A stretch of DNA of 64,000 nucleotides from assembly GCA_037189525.1 (NCBI GenBank), contig JBBCJC010000003.1, forward strand, positions 160,001 to 224,000, in the 5' to 3' direction. Source of the stretch: Gemmatimonadales bacterium (GTDB lineage Bacteria > Gemmatimonadota > Gemmatimonadetes > Gemmatimonadales > GWC2-71-9). The notes beneath the pieces are model-generated. The model did not search any database, was not told the origin of the DNA, and was given only the letters and a program-made list of their open reading frames with translations. The first letter of the stretch is position 1; each line of letters starts with the position of its first letter. This document shows positions 29,072-38,258 of this stretch, in pieces. The position numbers were made by a program, and so were the translations under genes.

Positions 29072-30610
29072 ATGTCTCAATTGTTTCGACGGAAATCGGT
29101 CGCCGATTTCGATCAGGATATTGCTCTGCGTGGCGGACTCCGCCGCACCCTCAACCGCTGGCATCTGACGGCCATCGGTGTCGGCGCCACCATCGGCGCC
29201 GGCATCTTTGCCACCACCGGGACCGCGATCGTCGGCGATGCCGCCCGGCCCGGCGCGGGACCCGCCATCATTCTCTCGTTTCTGCTGACGGCCGTGGCCT
29301 GCGGGTTTGCCGCGCTCTGTTACGCCGAGTTTGCCGCGATGGTGCCGGTGTCGGGCTCAGCCTATACCTACGCCTACGCGTCGCTCGGTGAGCTGGTCGC
29401 GTGGATCATCGGCTGGGACCTCGTGGTCGAGTACGCGGTCGGGAACATCGGCGTCGCGATCGGCTGGTCCGGCTACTTTCGCGAGTTGCTGAGCCACTTC
29501 GGCGTCGGGTTTCCGCCCTGGCTCAGCACCGACTTCCGTTCTGCGCAGATAGCGGCGGAGGCGGTCGCGGCCGGGGCAACCGATGCGACCAATCTGTTCC
29601 TCGCCGCGGCGGCGAGCGGGGCGCCCAAGCTGTTCGGCGTCTCCCTGATCTTCAACCTGCCGGCCTTTCTGGTGGTGGGGCTCCTGACGGTGCTGCTCGT
29701 CATCGGGATTCAGGAGTCGGCCCGGTGGAACAACGCCATGGTGCTGCTCAAGCTGGGCATCATCGTGTTCTTCTGCGGCGTCGGCGCCTTTCTGATCGAG
29801 CCGATCAACTGGACCAACCCGGCGCTCGGCGGCTTCGCACCCAACGGCTTCAAGGGGATCAGCGCCGGCGCGGCGATCATCTTCTTCAGCTATATCGGTT
29901 TCGATGCCGTATCCACCTGCGCGGAGGAAACCAAGAATCCCGCCAAGGACATGCCGTTCGGGATCATCATGAGCCTGGTCGTCTGCACCGTGGTGTACAT
30001 GGTGCTCTCGACCGTGATGACCGGGATGGCGCCCTGGAATGTGCTGGGTACGCCGGAGCCGATGATCACGGCGCTCGAGCATGCCAACGGCCCGCCGGGC
30101 CTGATCAACGCCTCACGCTTCATCGTGGCGCTGGGTGCGGTCGTGGCCATGGGGACGGTGCTGCTGGTCTTCCAGCTGGGCCAGCCGCGCATCTTCTTTG
30201 CGATGGCGCGGGATGGTTTGCTCCCGCCCGCCATGGCCAAGATTCATCCGCGCTTCAAGACGCCCTATGTCGGCACCATCCTGACCGGCCTGTTCGTGGC
30301 GACCTTTGCCGGGCTGGCCAACATCGCCGAGGTGGTCGATCTGACCAATATCGGGACGCTCTTTGCGTTCGTGCTGGTCTCGGTTGGTGTGCTGGTACTG
30401 CGGTTCAAGGAGCCCGATCGTCCGCGTCCGTTTCGGGTGCCGGGTGCGCCCTGGACGCCGTTGATTTCGATCGCGGCCTGCTTCTACCTGATGTCGGCCT
30501 TGCCGCGCATCACCTGGATTCGTTTCGGCATCTGGTTGGCCATCGGCGTCGTGGTCTACTTTGCCTACGGCTATCGCCGGAGTCGGCTCCGGGGTCGCGT
30601 CGATGCGTAG
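29072..30610 (+). CDS. APC-family (cationic-type) amino acid permease
   Basis: GATIGAGIF, LCYAEFAAMVPVSGSAYTY, FFSYIGFDAV, QPRIFFAMARDGLLP. Confidence 0.95.
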   Translation: MSQLFRRKSVADFDQDIALRGGLRRTLNRWHLTAIGVGATIGAGIFATTGTAIVGDAARPGAGPAIILSFLLTAVACGFAALCYAEFAAMVPVSGSAYTYAYASLGELVAWIIGWDLVVEYAVGNIGVAIGWSGYFRELLSHFGVGFPPWLSTDFRSAQIAAEAVAAGATDATNLFLAAAASGAPKLFGVSLIFNLPAFLVVGLLTVLLVIGIQESARWNNAMVLLKLGIIVFFCGVGAFLIEPINWTNPALGGFAPNGFKGISAGAAIIFFSYIGFDAVSTCAEETKNPAKDMPFGIIMSLVVCTVVYMVLSTVMTGMAPWNVLGTPEPMITALEHANGPPGLINASRFIVALGAVVAMGTVLLVFQLGQPRIFFAMARDGLLPPAMAKIHPRFKTPYVGTILTGLFVATFAGLANIAEVVDLTNIGTLFAFVLVSVGVLVLRFKEPDRPRPFRVPGAPWTPLISIAACFYLMSALPRITWIRFGIWLAIGVVVYFAYGYRRSRLRGRVDA

Positions 30611-30625
30611 CTAGCCTATAGTATT

Positions 30626-31510
30626 TCACCCCGCGGTGTTCGCGAGGGCGAGACCGCCGAGCAGCGGATCGATCGGCTGCTCGGCGGGCACGAAGGGCGC
30701 CAGGATCTGGGCGGTGACCGCCTGGTGGAGCGGGCCCTCGTGTCCGATCAGCCCGCCGGTCAGCCCCACGGGCACGGAGGTCTGATCGATGAACTCCGGG
30801 GCGAGAGCGTTGACCAGCCGGGCCAACTCCGACGCGGCGCGGGTCAGGATGTCGGTGGCTACGGCGTCACCGGCTTTGGCCACCGACACGACGGTCCGGG
30901 TCAGGCTGGCAACTTCTCTCGGGCTCGCGACCGTCGACCAGCCGACGGCGTCCCGGACCGTCGGCGCCCCGATCGTCGTCATGATGCCCGCCTGCAGCTC
31001 AGTAGCGGGGCCTCGTCCGTCGACTCCCAGGCCCATGGCGCGGAGCGCTTCGCGGCCGATCCAATAGCCGGCGCCCTCGTCGCCCATCTGCCATCCGAAG
31101 CCTCCCTGGCGCACCATCCGGCTGTCCGAGGTGCGGCCGAACGCGACACTGCCGGTGCCCGCCACCAGGACCGCGCCGATCTCCGCACCGAGCGCGGCAA
31201 ACGCCAGCATCACGTCGCTCACCACCACTACCTGGGCCGCGAAGCGTTCGCGCGACAGGGTGATCCGGATCTCCTCGGCGTCGGCGGCCCGTCCCGCGCC
31301 CGCAGCCCCGACCACCAGGATGTCGGCGCGGAGCAGGTTGGCCTGGGCCAGGGCCCGCCGGGCCAGATCGGCAATCATCGTGGCCGCGACCACAGCGCGT
31401 CCGGGGCGGACTGAGGTGCCCTGGCCGCGGGTTTCGATCAGGCGCTCGCCGTCGCGGGTCACGGCAATCGAGGTTTTGCTGCCACCGACATCGGCGGTAA
31501 TGATGATCAT
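30626..31510 (-). CDS. BadF/BadG/BcrA/BcrD-type GlcNAc/MurNAc kinase
   Basis: DVGGSKT, AGTGSVAFG, GGFGWQMGDEGAGYWIG; located next to peptidoglycan-salvage genes. Confidence 0.85.
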   Translation of the reverse strand: MIIITADVGGSKTSIAVTRDGERLIETRGQGTSVRPGRAVVAATMIADLARRALAQANLLRADILVVGAAGAGRAADAEEIRITLSRERFAAQVVVVSDVMLAFAALGAEIGAVLVAGTGSVAFGRTSDSRMVRQGGFGWQMGDEGAGYWIGREALRAMGLGVDGRGPATELQAGIMTTIGAPTVRDAVGWSTVASPREVASLTRTVVSVAKAGDAVATDILTRAASELARLVNALAPEFIDQTSVPVGLTGGLIGHEGPLHQAVTAQILAPFVPAEQPIDPLLGGLALANTAG

Positions 31511-31666
31511 CTGGGTACCTCGAGACCGGGTGACATCGGCCGGCAGGACCGGCGGGACGAGTGTGCGAGAGAGCGGGGAAATTGGTCGGAAACGAGGCGA
31601 CCAGCAAGCGGGGACCATGTCTGGAACCGGCCGCCTCCGATCGCAAGGTGCGCTGACGGGCCGGAT

Positions 31667-31695
31667 AAACAAAACGGGGAGCCAAAGCTCCCCGT
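31667..31695 (-). terminator. Intrinsic terminator after the A-type carrier gene
   Basis: ACGGGGAGC-CAAA-GCTCCCCGT stem with an A-run on the left (U-tail on the minus strand). Confidence 0.75.
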
Positions 31696-31720
31696 CATCC
31701 TACCTTCGACCCGACCTAAC

Positions 31721-32086
31721 TCAGGCGTTGAAGCTGCTGCCGCACCCGCAGCCGCCGCTGGCGTTCGGATTGTCGAACGTGAAGCCTGAGCCCTGCATCG
31801 ACGAGACGTAGTCTACCGTCACGCCATTCAGGTAGGGCAGGCTGAAGCCGTCGACGAAGAGCCGGATTCCGGACACTTCGAGGAGCATATCATCCTCCTG
31901 CGGCTGCTCTTCGATGTTGAGGCTGTATTTGAACCCCGAACATCCGCCCGGCAGGACACTGACGCGCAAACCGCCCACATCCGCCGCGACATTCTCGGCT
32001 TCCATGAACTTGATGACTTCTTTGGTGGCAGCCGGCGTCAGATTGATGGTGACGCCGTCGAGCTGCGTGTTTCCTGCGATGCTCAC
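31721..32086 (-). CDS. A-type Fe-S cluster carrier (HesB/IscA/ErpA)
   Basis: GGCSGFKY, GFTFDNPNA, CGCGSSF; GAGGAGG SD before GTG 32086. Confidence 0.95.
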   Translation of the reverse strand: MSIAGNTQLDGVTINLTPAATKEVIKFMEAENVAADVGGLRVSVLPGGCSGFKYSLNIEEQPQEDDMLLEVSGIRLFVDGFSLPYLNGVTVDYVSSMQGSGFTFDNPNASGGCGCGSSFNA

Positions 32087-32162
32087 GGGCTTCCTCCTCG
32101 CGAATAGCGCCCAGATTGGCGCCAAAACCCAACTCGAAACGTAGGATATGGGGGTGACGGTG

Positions 32163-33380
32163 TCAACGCGTCCCGACCACCTCGGCGACGCGGTCGGCGA
32201 CCATGATCCGGAAAGCGCCGATTCCCGTGTTTTCGCGGGTCGGGTTGACCCGGTTGGACAGGAGCACGATGACGAGTTCCTGGGTCGGATCGATCCAGAT
32301 CGAGGTGCCCGTGAAGCCGGTATGGCCGAAACTCCAGCGCGACAGCTGAGTCCCGGCGCTGCTGCCGTTGGACGGGGTATCCCAGCCCAAAGCCCGGCTC
32401 GAACCGGCCACGACCTCCTGCCGACTGGTAAACTCACGGGCCACCTCGGAACTGATCGACGGGTTGCCGGGCCGACGTCCCGGGGCGCCGTTACGCTCGC
32501 GGAGCAGCCATTCGCCGAAGGTCAGCAGATCGGTGGCGGTGGAGAACAAGCCCGCATGACCGGAGACGCCGCCCAGGAAAGCTGCATTCTCATCGTGAAC
32601 TTCACCGTGCACCAGTCGCCCGCGCCACGGGTCGCGCTCGGTTGGTGCGATGCGCTTGAGCCATGACGCTGGCGGCTGGAAGCGAGTCGATCCCAGGTGG
32701 AGCGGCTTCGCGATCCGTTCGTTGAAGAGGCGGTCGATCGGCTGGCCGTAGACCCGCTCGAGCAGCAGGGTCATGGTGATGGCGCCCAGGTCGGAGTAAA
32801 CCATCCGCACCGCGGGGAAGGTGTCGAGCGGTGTCGCGATGACCAGCGCCGGCGCGCTGGCGGCGTTGGGCGCATCCTGCCAGAGCGGTCGGTGCGCACG
32901 GAGGCCGCTCGAGTGCGTCAGGAGATGCCGGATGGTGACCAGCTCTTTCCAGTGGCCGGTGTACTCGGGCAGGTACTTGACCACCGGATCGTCGAGCCTG
33001 ATCCGTCCCTCGTCGACCGCGATCATCGCGATGCTGGTGAGCGCCACCACCTTGGTCAGCGACGCAAGGTCATAGACCGTGTTCTGGTCGACCGGCGCGG
33101 GATGGTCGACCCCGAGCTGGCCGGCCTGATAGTAGAAACGGCCTCCTCGGATCGAGACGCCCACCACAGCGCCCGGCGCCGCGCCCGCGCGGACGGCGGA
33201 ATCGATCCCGGCGGTGAGCCGCGACCAGTCGCAGGCCGCGGCGCCACAACGAGCCTCGGTCGCTCCGCTCCGAGCGGCTGGCACGGGCGCCGAGGCGGGG
33301 TCGGACTCGGATGCGGACCTGCCGCACGCGGCGGCCGCGAGCAACAGCAGTGTCAGGGATTTACGGTTGGTTCGCAGCAT
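32163..33380 (-). CDS. Beta-lactamase-family serine hydrolase lipoprotein (AmiE-like)
   Basis: Lipobox AAAC; SLTK, LLTHSSG, YSDLG, GEVHDENA, GHAGLF, FGHTGFTG. Confidence 0.88.
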   Translation of the reverse strand: MLRTNRKSLTLLLLAAAACGRSASESDPASAPVPAARSGATEARCGAAACDWSRLTAGIDSAVRAGAAPGAVVGVSIRGGRFYYQAGQLGVDHPAPVDQNTVYDLASLTKVVALTSIAMIAVDEGRIRLDDPVVKYLPEYTGHWKELVTIRHLLTHSSGLRAHRPLWQDAPNAASAPALVIATPLDTFPAVRMVYSDLGAITMTLLLERVYGQPIDRLFNERIAKPLHLGSTRFQPPASWLKRIAPTERDPWRGRLVHGEVHDENAAFLGGVSGHAGLFSTATDLLTFGEWLLRERNGAPGRRPGNPSISSEVAREFTSRQEVVAGSSRALGWDTPSNGSSAGTQLSRWSFGHTGFTGTSIWIDPTQELVIVLLSNRVNPTRENTGIGAFRIMVADRVAEVVGTR

Positions 33381-35103
33381 GGAATCGCGCGGTTGCGGGA
33401 AGAGTGATGCCGTCGCCGAGTCGGGCGCCGGCGGGCAGATCGATGGGAAGGGTACCGGAAATCGGCGCGCCGGATAGGGCGGCGGCCGCGGCCCATTCGG
33501 TCAACGGGTTGTTGGTCCAGGCCTGCAGATACGCCGGTACGTCGGGCACCTGGCTTTGCAGATAGGGCGACCCGAAGGAGACCAGCACGGTCGGGCGCTG
33601 CCGACTGGCGCCATCGATCAGGCTGGCCAGCGCGTCGGGCATGGTGATCACGCCGCTTCCCGAGCGGGCCCGAACCGCCACCGAGACGATCGCCGCCGGT
33701 GCCGCCGATAACACGGCGCGGGCGGAATCGTAGCTGGCGGGTCCGCTGGTCGGATAGAGCCGGAACGGCGTGACCCGGTAGCCGCGCTTGGTGAGCTCCT
33801 GCGGAAACGAGGTGGTCCAGCCCGGTTCGCCGTAGCTGACGACCGCGACCTGGCCCTGCCGGTCGCGCAGCGTGGCAAGCACGGCGCCGCTGTCGCGCAC
33901 CAGCACCAGCGACCGGGCGCTGATGGCGCGGGCACTGTCGAGAAAACTCTGCTGTCCGACGACGTTGCCGACCCGTTCGAGCGAGACGACGCGCCGCTCG
34001 AAGAGCTTGAGCCGCTCCTTGATCATCAGCACCTTGCCGAGCGACTGCCGCAACCGTTCCCGGGAAATCCGCCCCGAGCGGACCGCTTCGGTCATCGCGA
34101 CGATCACCGCGCGCGGATCGGCGGGCATCAGCAGCAGGTCGCTCCCGGCCAGGAAGGCGCGCACAGCCGCTTCGCCGCCGCCGTAGGTGGTCACCAGCGC
34201 GCCCATGTCGAGCGCATCGGTTACCGCCAGGCCCTGGAAGCCGAGCGAGTCGCGGAGCACCGAGGTCATCACCAGGGGCGACAGGGTGGCGGGCCGCAGG
34301 CTGTCGGGGTCGAAGCCGGGCAGCGCCAGGTGCCCAGACATCACCACGTCGACGCCGGCTTTGACGGCCGCGCGGAACGGCACCAGCTCGATGCTGTCGA
34401 GCCGTGCCCAGCCACCGTGAATGGTGGGCAGCGAGATGTGCGAATCGACGTCGGTGTTACCGTGCCCGGGAAAGTGCTTGACGGTCGACAGCACCCCGGC
34501 ATCGCGGGTTCCCTTGACGGTGGCCGCCACCAGCCGGGCCACCATGGCCGGGTCGCCGCCGAACGAGCGGGTGTTGATGATCGGATTGGCCGGGTTGTCG
34601 TTGACGTCGGCCACCGGCGAGAAGGTGAGGTGTACCCCCACGGCGCGCGCCTCCAGGCCGGTCACCTTGCCCATCAATTCGGCGTCGGCCTCCCGGCCGG
34701 TTGCCGCGACCCCCATATTGGTAGGGAAGGGGGTTGCCCCGGGGAACCGAAACGCGGCACCGCCTTCCAGATCGGCGGCGATCAGGAGCGGCAGCCGGGA
34801 GCGCCGCTGCAGGAAGTTGAGCTTGCCCGCCACGTCGAGCGGCGAGCCGATCGAAATGATGATGCCGCCCACCCGGAGGGAGTCGACCCAGATCCGGGCA
34901 TTGGCGAGTTCGTCGGCGTCGTGGCCGACGTAGTTGCCCAGCAGCCACGGCATCACCAGCTGGGCCACCTGATGCTCGAGCGGCATCCGGGCCATCATGG
35001 TGCGGACCCGGGCGCTGGTCCGGGACGATTGCGCAGCGATCGGAGCGGCCGCGCCGATCCCGAGCAGGATCACGAGGACGGAACGAAAAAGGGAGCGTAC
35101 CAT
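33361..35103 (-). CDS. nagZ: GH3 beta-N-acetylglucosaminidase, secreted
   Basis: ADLEGG, NPIINTRSFG, KHFPGHG-x4-DSH NagZ motif, TDALDM; alternative start at 35139. Confidence 0.88.
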   Translation of the reverse strand: MVRSLFRSVLVILLGIGAAAPIAAQSSRTSARVRTMMARMPLEHQVAQLVMPWLLGNYVGHDADELANARIWVDSLRVGGIIISIGSPLDVAGKLNFLQRRSRLPLLIAADLEGGAAFRFPGATPFPTNMGVAATGREADAELMGKVTGLEARAVGVHLTFSPVADVNDNPANPIINTRSFGGDPAMVARLVAATVKGTRDAGVLSTVKHFPGHGNTDVDSHISLPTIHGGWARLDSIELVPFRAAVKAGVDVVMSGHLALPGFDPDSLRPATLSPLVMTSVLRDSLGFQGLAVTDALDMGALVTTYGGGEAAVRAFLAGSDLLLMPADPRAVIVAMTEAVRSGRISRERLRQSLGKVLMIKERLKLFERRVVSLERVGNVVGQQSFLDSARAISARSLVLVRDSGAVLATLRDRQGQVAVVSYGEPGWTTSFPQELTKRGYRVTPFRLYPTSGPASYDSARAVLSAAPAAIVSVAVRARSGSGVITMPDALASLIDGASRQRPTVLVSFGSPYLQSQVPDVPAYLQAWTNNPLTEWAAAAALSGAPISGTLPIDLPAGARLGDGITLPATARFHAANQP

Positions 35104-36298
35104 GACGTTCGCGATGGCGGTGCTGGGCTTGGTCGGCATCCTATCCTCACCGGAACCGGTGCGTCCCGGGCTCGAAGTACTGGTCCGCGACAGCATGCAT
35201 CTCGTGGCTGGTCGGCGGGTCGGGCTGGTCACCAATCAGGGCGGTATCGACCGCACCGGGGCCCACGCGGTCGACTTCCTGCGGAAGGCCGGCGTCAACC
35301 TGACGGCGCTGTTCAGTCCCGAACACGGTTTCCGCGGCACCGCCGATCCGGGCGAGAACATCGCCTCGACGGTCGACGCCGCCACTGGCCTTCCAATCTA
35401 CAGCCTCTACGGGCCGACGAAGTCCCCGACCGACAGCATGCTGACCAACGTGGACGTGCTGCTGGTCGACCTGCCGGACGTGGGAACCCGGTACTATACC
35501 TACCTCTCCACCACGATCGAAGTGATGCGCTCGGCGGTCAAGCATGGCCGGCGGATCGTCGTGCTCGATCGCCCCAATCCGATCAGCGGGACGGTCCAGG
35601 GTAACCTGCTCGATCCGGCGTTCCGCTCGTTCATCGGCGCCCTCACGATGCCGATGCGGCACGGGATGACGCTTGGCGAGCAGGCGCGGCTGGCCAATCA
35701 GGAACTCGCGATCGGGGCCGACCTCGTCGTGGTACCCGCGCAGCACTGGACCCGCGCCGTATATGGTGACGCGACCGGTCTCCCGTTCGTCGCACCCAGT
35801 CCCAATCTCCAGGACCTCGAGAGCCTGATCCACTATCCCGGGACCTGTCTCTTCGAAGGTACCCCGCTATCGGTCGGACGCGGCACGCCGGAGGCGTTTC
35901 GGCAGATCGGGGCACCCTGGCTCGATACCACGCGGGTGCTGGCTTTGGCGCGGGGTGCCCGGCTGCCGGGCGTTGCCTTCGAAGGCATCGGATTCACCCC
36001 GGTGCGCCCTGGCGACGAGAAGTACCCGAATATCGCCGTCCGCGGGATCCGGCTCCGGGTGACCGACCGGGATCAGTACGATCCGACCCGCACGGCGGTC
36101 GTGCTGCTGACCGCCATCCGCACGGTCCATGCCGACAGTCTGGTTTTCCGGGAGCGCCACTTCGACCTCTTGGCGGGCGGTTCGTCGCTCCGCCAGGCCA
36201 TCCTGGCCGATCGGACGGCCGACGCGATCGTGGCCGAGTGGGCCGGCGCGCGCGAGAGCTTCGAGGCGCGGATTCGCCCGATGCTGCTCTATCGCTAG
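35102..36298 (+). CDS. namZ: DUF1343 exo-beta-N-acetylmuramidase (NamZ family)
   Basis: GLVTNQ, LFSPEHG, DVGTRYYTY, LDRPNP, RHGMTLGE, PSPN, SVGRGT. Confidence 0.92.
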   Translation: MTFAMAVLGLVGILSSPEPVRPGLEVLVRDSMHLVAGRRVGLVTNQGGIDRTGAHAVDFLRKAGVNLTALFSPEHGFRGTADPGENIASTVDAATGLPIYSLYGPTKSPTDSMLTNVDVLLVDLPDVGTRYYTYLSTTIEVMRSAVKHGRRIVVLDRPNPISGTVQGNLLDPAFRSFIGALTMPMRHGMTLGEQARLANQELAIGADLVVVPAQHWTRAVYGDATGLPFVAPSPNLQDLESLIHYPGTCLFEGTPLSVGRGTPEAFRQIGAPWLDTTRVLALARGARLPGVAFEGIGFTPVRPGDEKYPNIAVRGIRLRVTDRDQYDPTRTAVVLLTAIRTVHADSLVFRERHFDLLAGGSSLRQAILADRTADAIVAEWAGARESFEARIRPMLLYR

Positions 36299-36306
36299 CT
36301 GCGTAT

Positions 36307-36333
36307 CCCGGCTGCCCCGGCTGCCCCGGCTGC
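36307..36333. repeat. Short tandem repeat (CCCGGCTGC)x3
   Basis: Three exact 9-bp units between convergent genes, followed by a complementary GGCAGCCG. Confidence 0.8.
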
Positions 36334-36349
36334 GCTCATCCGGCAGCCG

Positions 36350-36718
36350 TCAGCGGTCGTCGAGGACCGCGATCAGTTTTTTCGGCGCGGTGAGCCGATA
36401 GCCGTCCTCGATCAACTCGGCAACCTGGCCCCACTCGACCTCTCCATCCAGTACGACCCCGATCCAGCCGCTCGGCCCCACGTAGGGCGGCGAGAAGAAG
36501 CGGTCGGGGTCGGCCTGGATCATGAACGCCTGATTCTCCGCTTTGGCCTTGCACCAGACGGATGATCGTCCCGCCCCGTGATGGTTCGACGGACTCGCAA
36601 ACATCGCGAAGATCTTGTTGCGGACCCGAAAGGTCGGCTCGCCCCACGCTTCGACTTCGTGGGCTTCCGGCAGTGCGAGACAGAGCTTGCGGATCCGGGT
36701 GAGGGGGCGCGGCGGCAA
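36350..36718 (-). CDS. MmcQ/YjbR-family DNA-binding protein
   Basis: LCLALPEA, WGEPTFRVRNKIFAM, FFSPPYVGPSGWIGV, YRLTAPKKL. Confidence 0.9.
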   Translation of the reverse strand: MPPRPLTRIRKLCLALPEAHEVEAWGEPTFRVRNKIFAMFASPSNHHGAGRSSVWCKAKAENQAFMIQADPDRFFSPPYVGPSGWIGVVLDGEVEWGQVAELIEDGYRLTAPKKLIAVLDDR

Positions 36719-36811
36719 CGGCAGTCTCCCGAGGGCGTGACTCCGGAAGATACGGCGAGTGGTTCGACGGCGTCGACCCCGAGGGCCGAGCCGTGCCTGG
36801 ACTTAAACGGA

Positions 36812-37432
36812 CTAGAAGACCTGGACGTCGGTAAAGAGGCCGAGAATGGCGGTGACGTGGCCGTTGGGGGTGTAGGCGAACTCGCCGGTCATGGCGTTGG
36901 CCGGCGCGGGTCGCTCGGTGGTGAGGAACTCGCGACTGGCCAGTTCCGGGGTGTCGTTGGCGATGGCGTCGGCCCCGCTGCGAAGCGTGAACGAGTAGAT
37001 GTACTCCTGCGCTTCGACGGCGTCCCGGCCCCGCTGGACGCTCAGGGTGTAGTACCCCTTGCTCAGCTTGAGGTTGGACTCGGAGGAGAGCTTGTTCCAG
37101 GTCTCGTAGGCCGCGCCGGCATTCGGATCGGAGTCGGCGATCACCTGGCCCGAGGGGCTGCGCAGCTGATAGCGTACCTCGCCGTTCTTGGCGACCTCGA
37201 CCCCTTCACCTTCGGCGCCATACAACTCGCCCGTCGTGATCCGGACCCACTGATCGTCCCCGGTAATGCGAAAACGAAAGTGGTCGCTCTGGTCGCCCTT
37301 GGACAGCGCGCTGTTGACGGACACCTTGGAGCGGCCTTCCTCCAGGTTGCCGATGTAGCGCGCCACCATTCGGGAATCCAGGCCGGCCACGTCCTGAGTG
37401 TAGCGGCTCAGCAGAGTCGGGGTCGTCTCCAT
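36812..37432 (-). CDS. Hypothetical protein, possibly a PPC-like beta-sandwich
   Basis: 206-aa ORF with protein-like composition; D-x-x-D-H-F-R-F, SPSGQVIADSD and GYYTLSV patterns. Confidence 0.7.
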   Translation of the reverse strand: METTPTLLSRYTQDVAGLDSRMVARYIGNLEEGRSKVSVNSALSKGDQSDHFRFRITGDDQWVRITTGELYGAEGEGVEVAKNGEVRYQLRSPSGQVIADSDPNAGAAYETWNKLSSESNLKLSKGYYTLSVQRGRDAVEAQEYIYSFTLRSGADAIANDTPELASREFLTTERPAPANAMTGEFAYTPNGHVTAILGLFTDVQVF

Positions 37433-37457
37433 GCCGTCGAGTATCGGCAGGATGGGG

Positions 37458-38258
37458 TCAGGATTTGAGGGGAGCCCCGAACCGCCGGTTCCGCGCCTCG
37501 AGCAGCCGGGCCGGGTAATTGGTGATCATCCCGGCGCAGCCCAGATCCCAGAGCCGCTCGGCAGTCTCGATATCGTTCACGGTCCAGACGTGGACCGGGC
37601 GGCCGGCGCGCCGGGCCGAGGCGACGAACCGCCGAGTCGGGACCGGGATCAGGTCCTTGTAGCGGACCGGTACGGCGTAGCAACGAGGGGTATCGCCGCG
37701 GCGTGGGCCGAGACCGATCCCGCTCCGGACGTAGTGGCGGAGGATGTCGCGGCGGCTCGCCCCGATCAGAAACGGCGGCGAGGGAAAGGGGTCGAGCGCG
37801 CCGGCGAGGAACGACGCGACGACGACCCGATCGGTTGCGCCGGCCGCGCGAATAGCCTCCTGGACCGGTACCGCCGCGGCTACCTCTTTGAGTTCGATCA
37901 GGAGTGGTGTATCCGGATAGCGCCGGAGGATTTCCGCCAGCGGTGGGACCCCGACCCCCTGGCCGCGAAACGGGTGCGTCAGACCGTCCGCCGAATATGT
38001 CGCGCCCGCGTCGAGCTGCGCGAGTTCGGCTGCCGTTCTGGTCTGGACCGTTCCCGCCTGGCCGGTGGTGCGATCCAGCGTCGGGTCGTGAAAGACGACC
38101 GGGACGCCGTCTGCGGTCATCCGAACGTCCAGTTCGAACGCCTCGGCGCCTTGGGCGAGTGCCAGATCGAAGCTGGCGATGGTGTTCTCTGGCGCGCTGC
38201 CGGAGGCTCCCCGATGCCCGATGATGAGGCGCAGGTCGGGGTCCAGGAGCGGGTTCAC
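37458..38258 (-). CDS. Glycerophosphodiester phosphodiesterase
   Basis: IGHRGASGSAPENTIASF, ELDVRMTADG-PVVFHD, VHVWTVND, GMITNYP. Confidence 0.93.
   Translation of the reverse strand: MNPLLDPDLRLIIGHRGASGSAPENTIASFDLALAQGAEAFELDVRMTADGVPVVFHDPTLDRTTGQAGTVQTRTAAELAQLDAGATYSADGLTHPFRGQGVGVPPLAEILRRYPDTPLLIELKEVAAAVPVQEAIRAAGATDRVVVASFLAGALDPFPSPPFLIGASRRDILRHYVRSGIGLGPRRGDTPRCYAVPVRYKDLIPVPTRRFVASARRAGRPVHVWTVNDIETAERLWDLGCAGMITNYPARLLEARNRRFGAPLKS

Noticed and set aside
32163..33380. Beta-lactam resistance gene
   Set aside because: The GEVHDENA/GHAGLF motifs and nagZ/namZ context fit an AmiE-like hydrolase better.
36307..36349. 9-bp triple repeat as a CRISPR or REP element
   Set aside because: Too short, no spacers, and I saw no other copy; probably slippage within a terminator-like hairpin.
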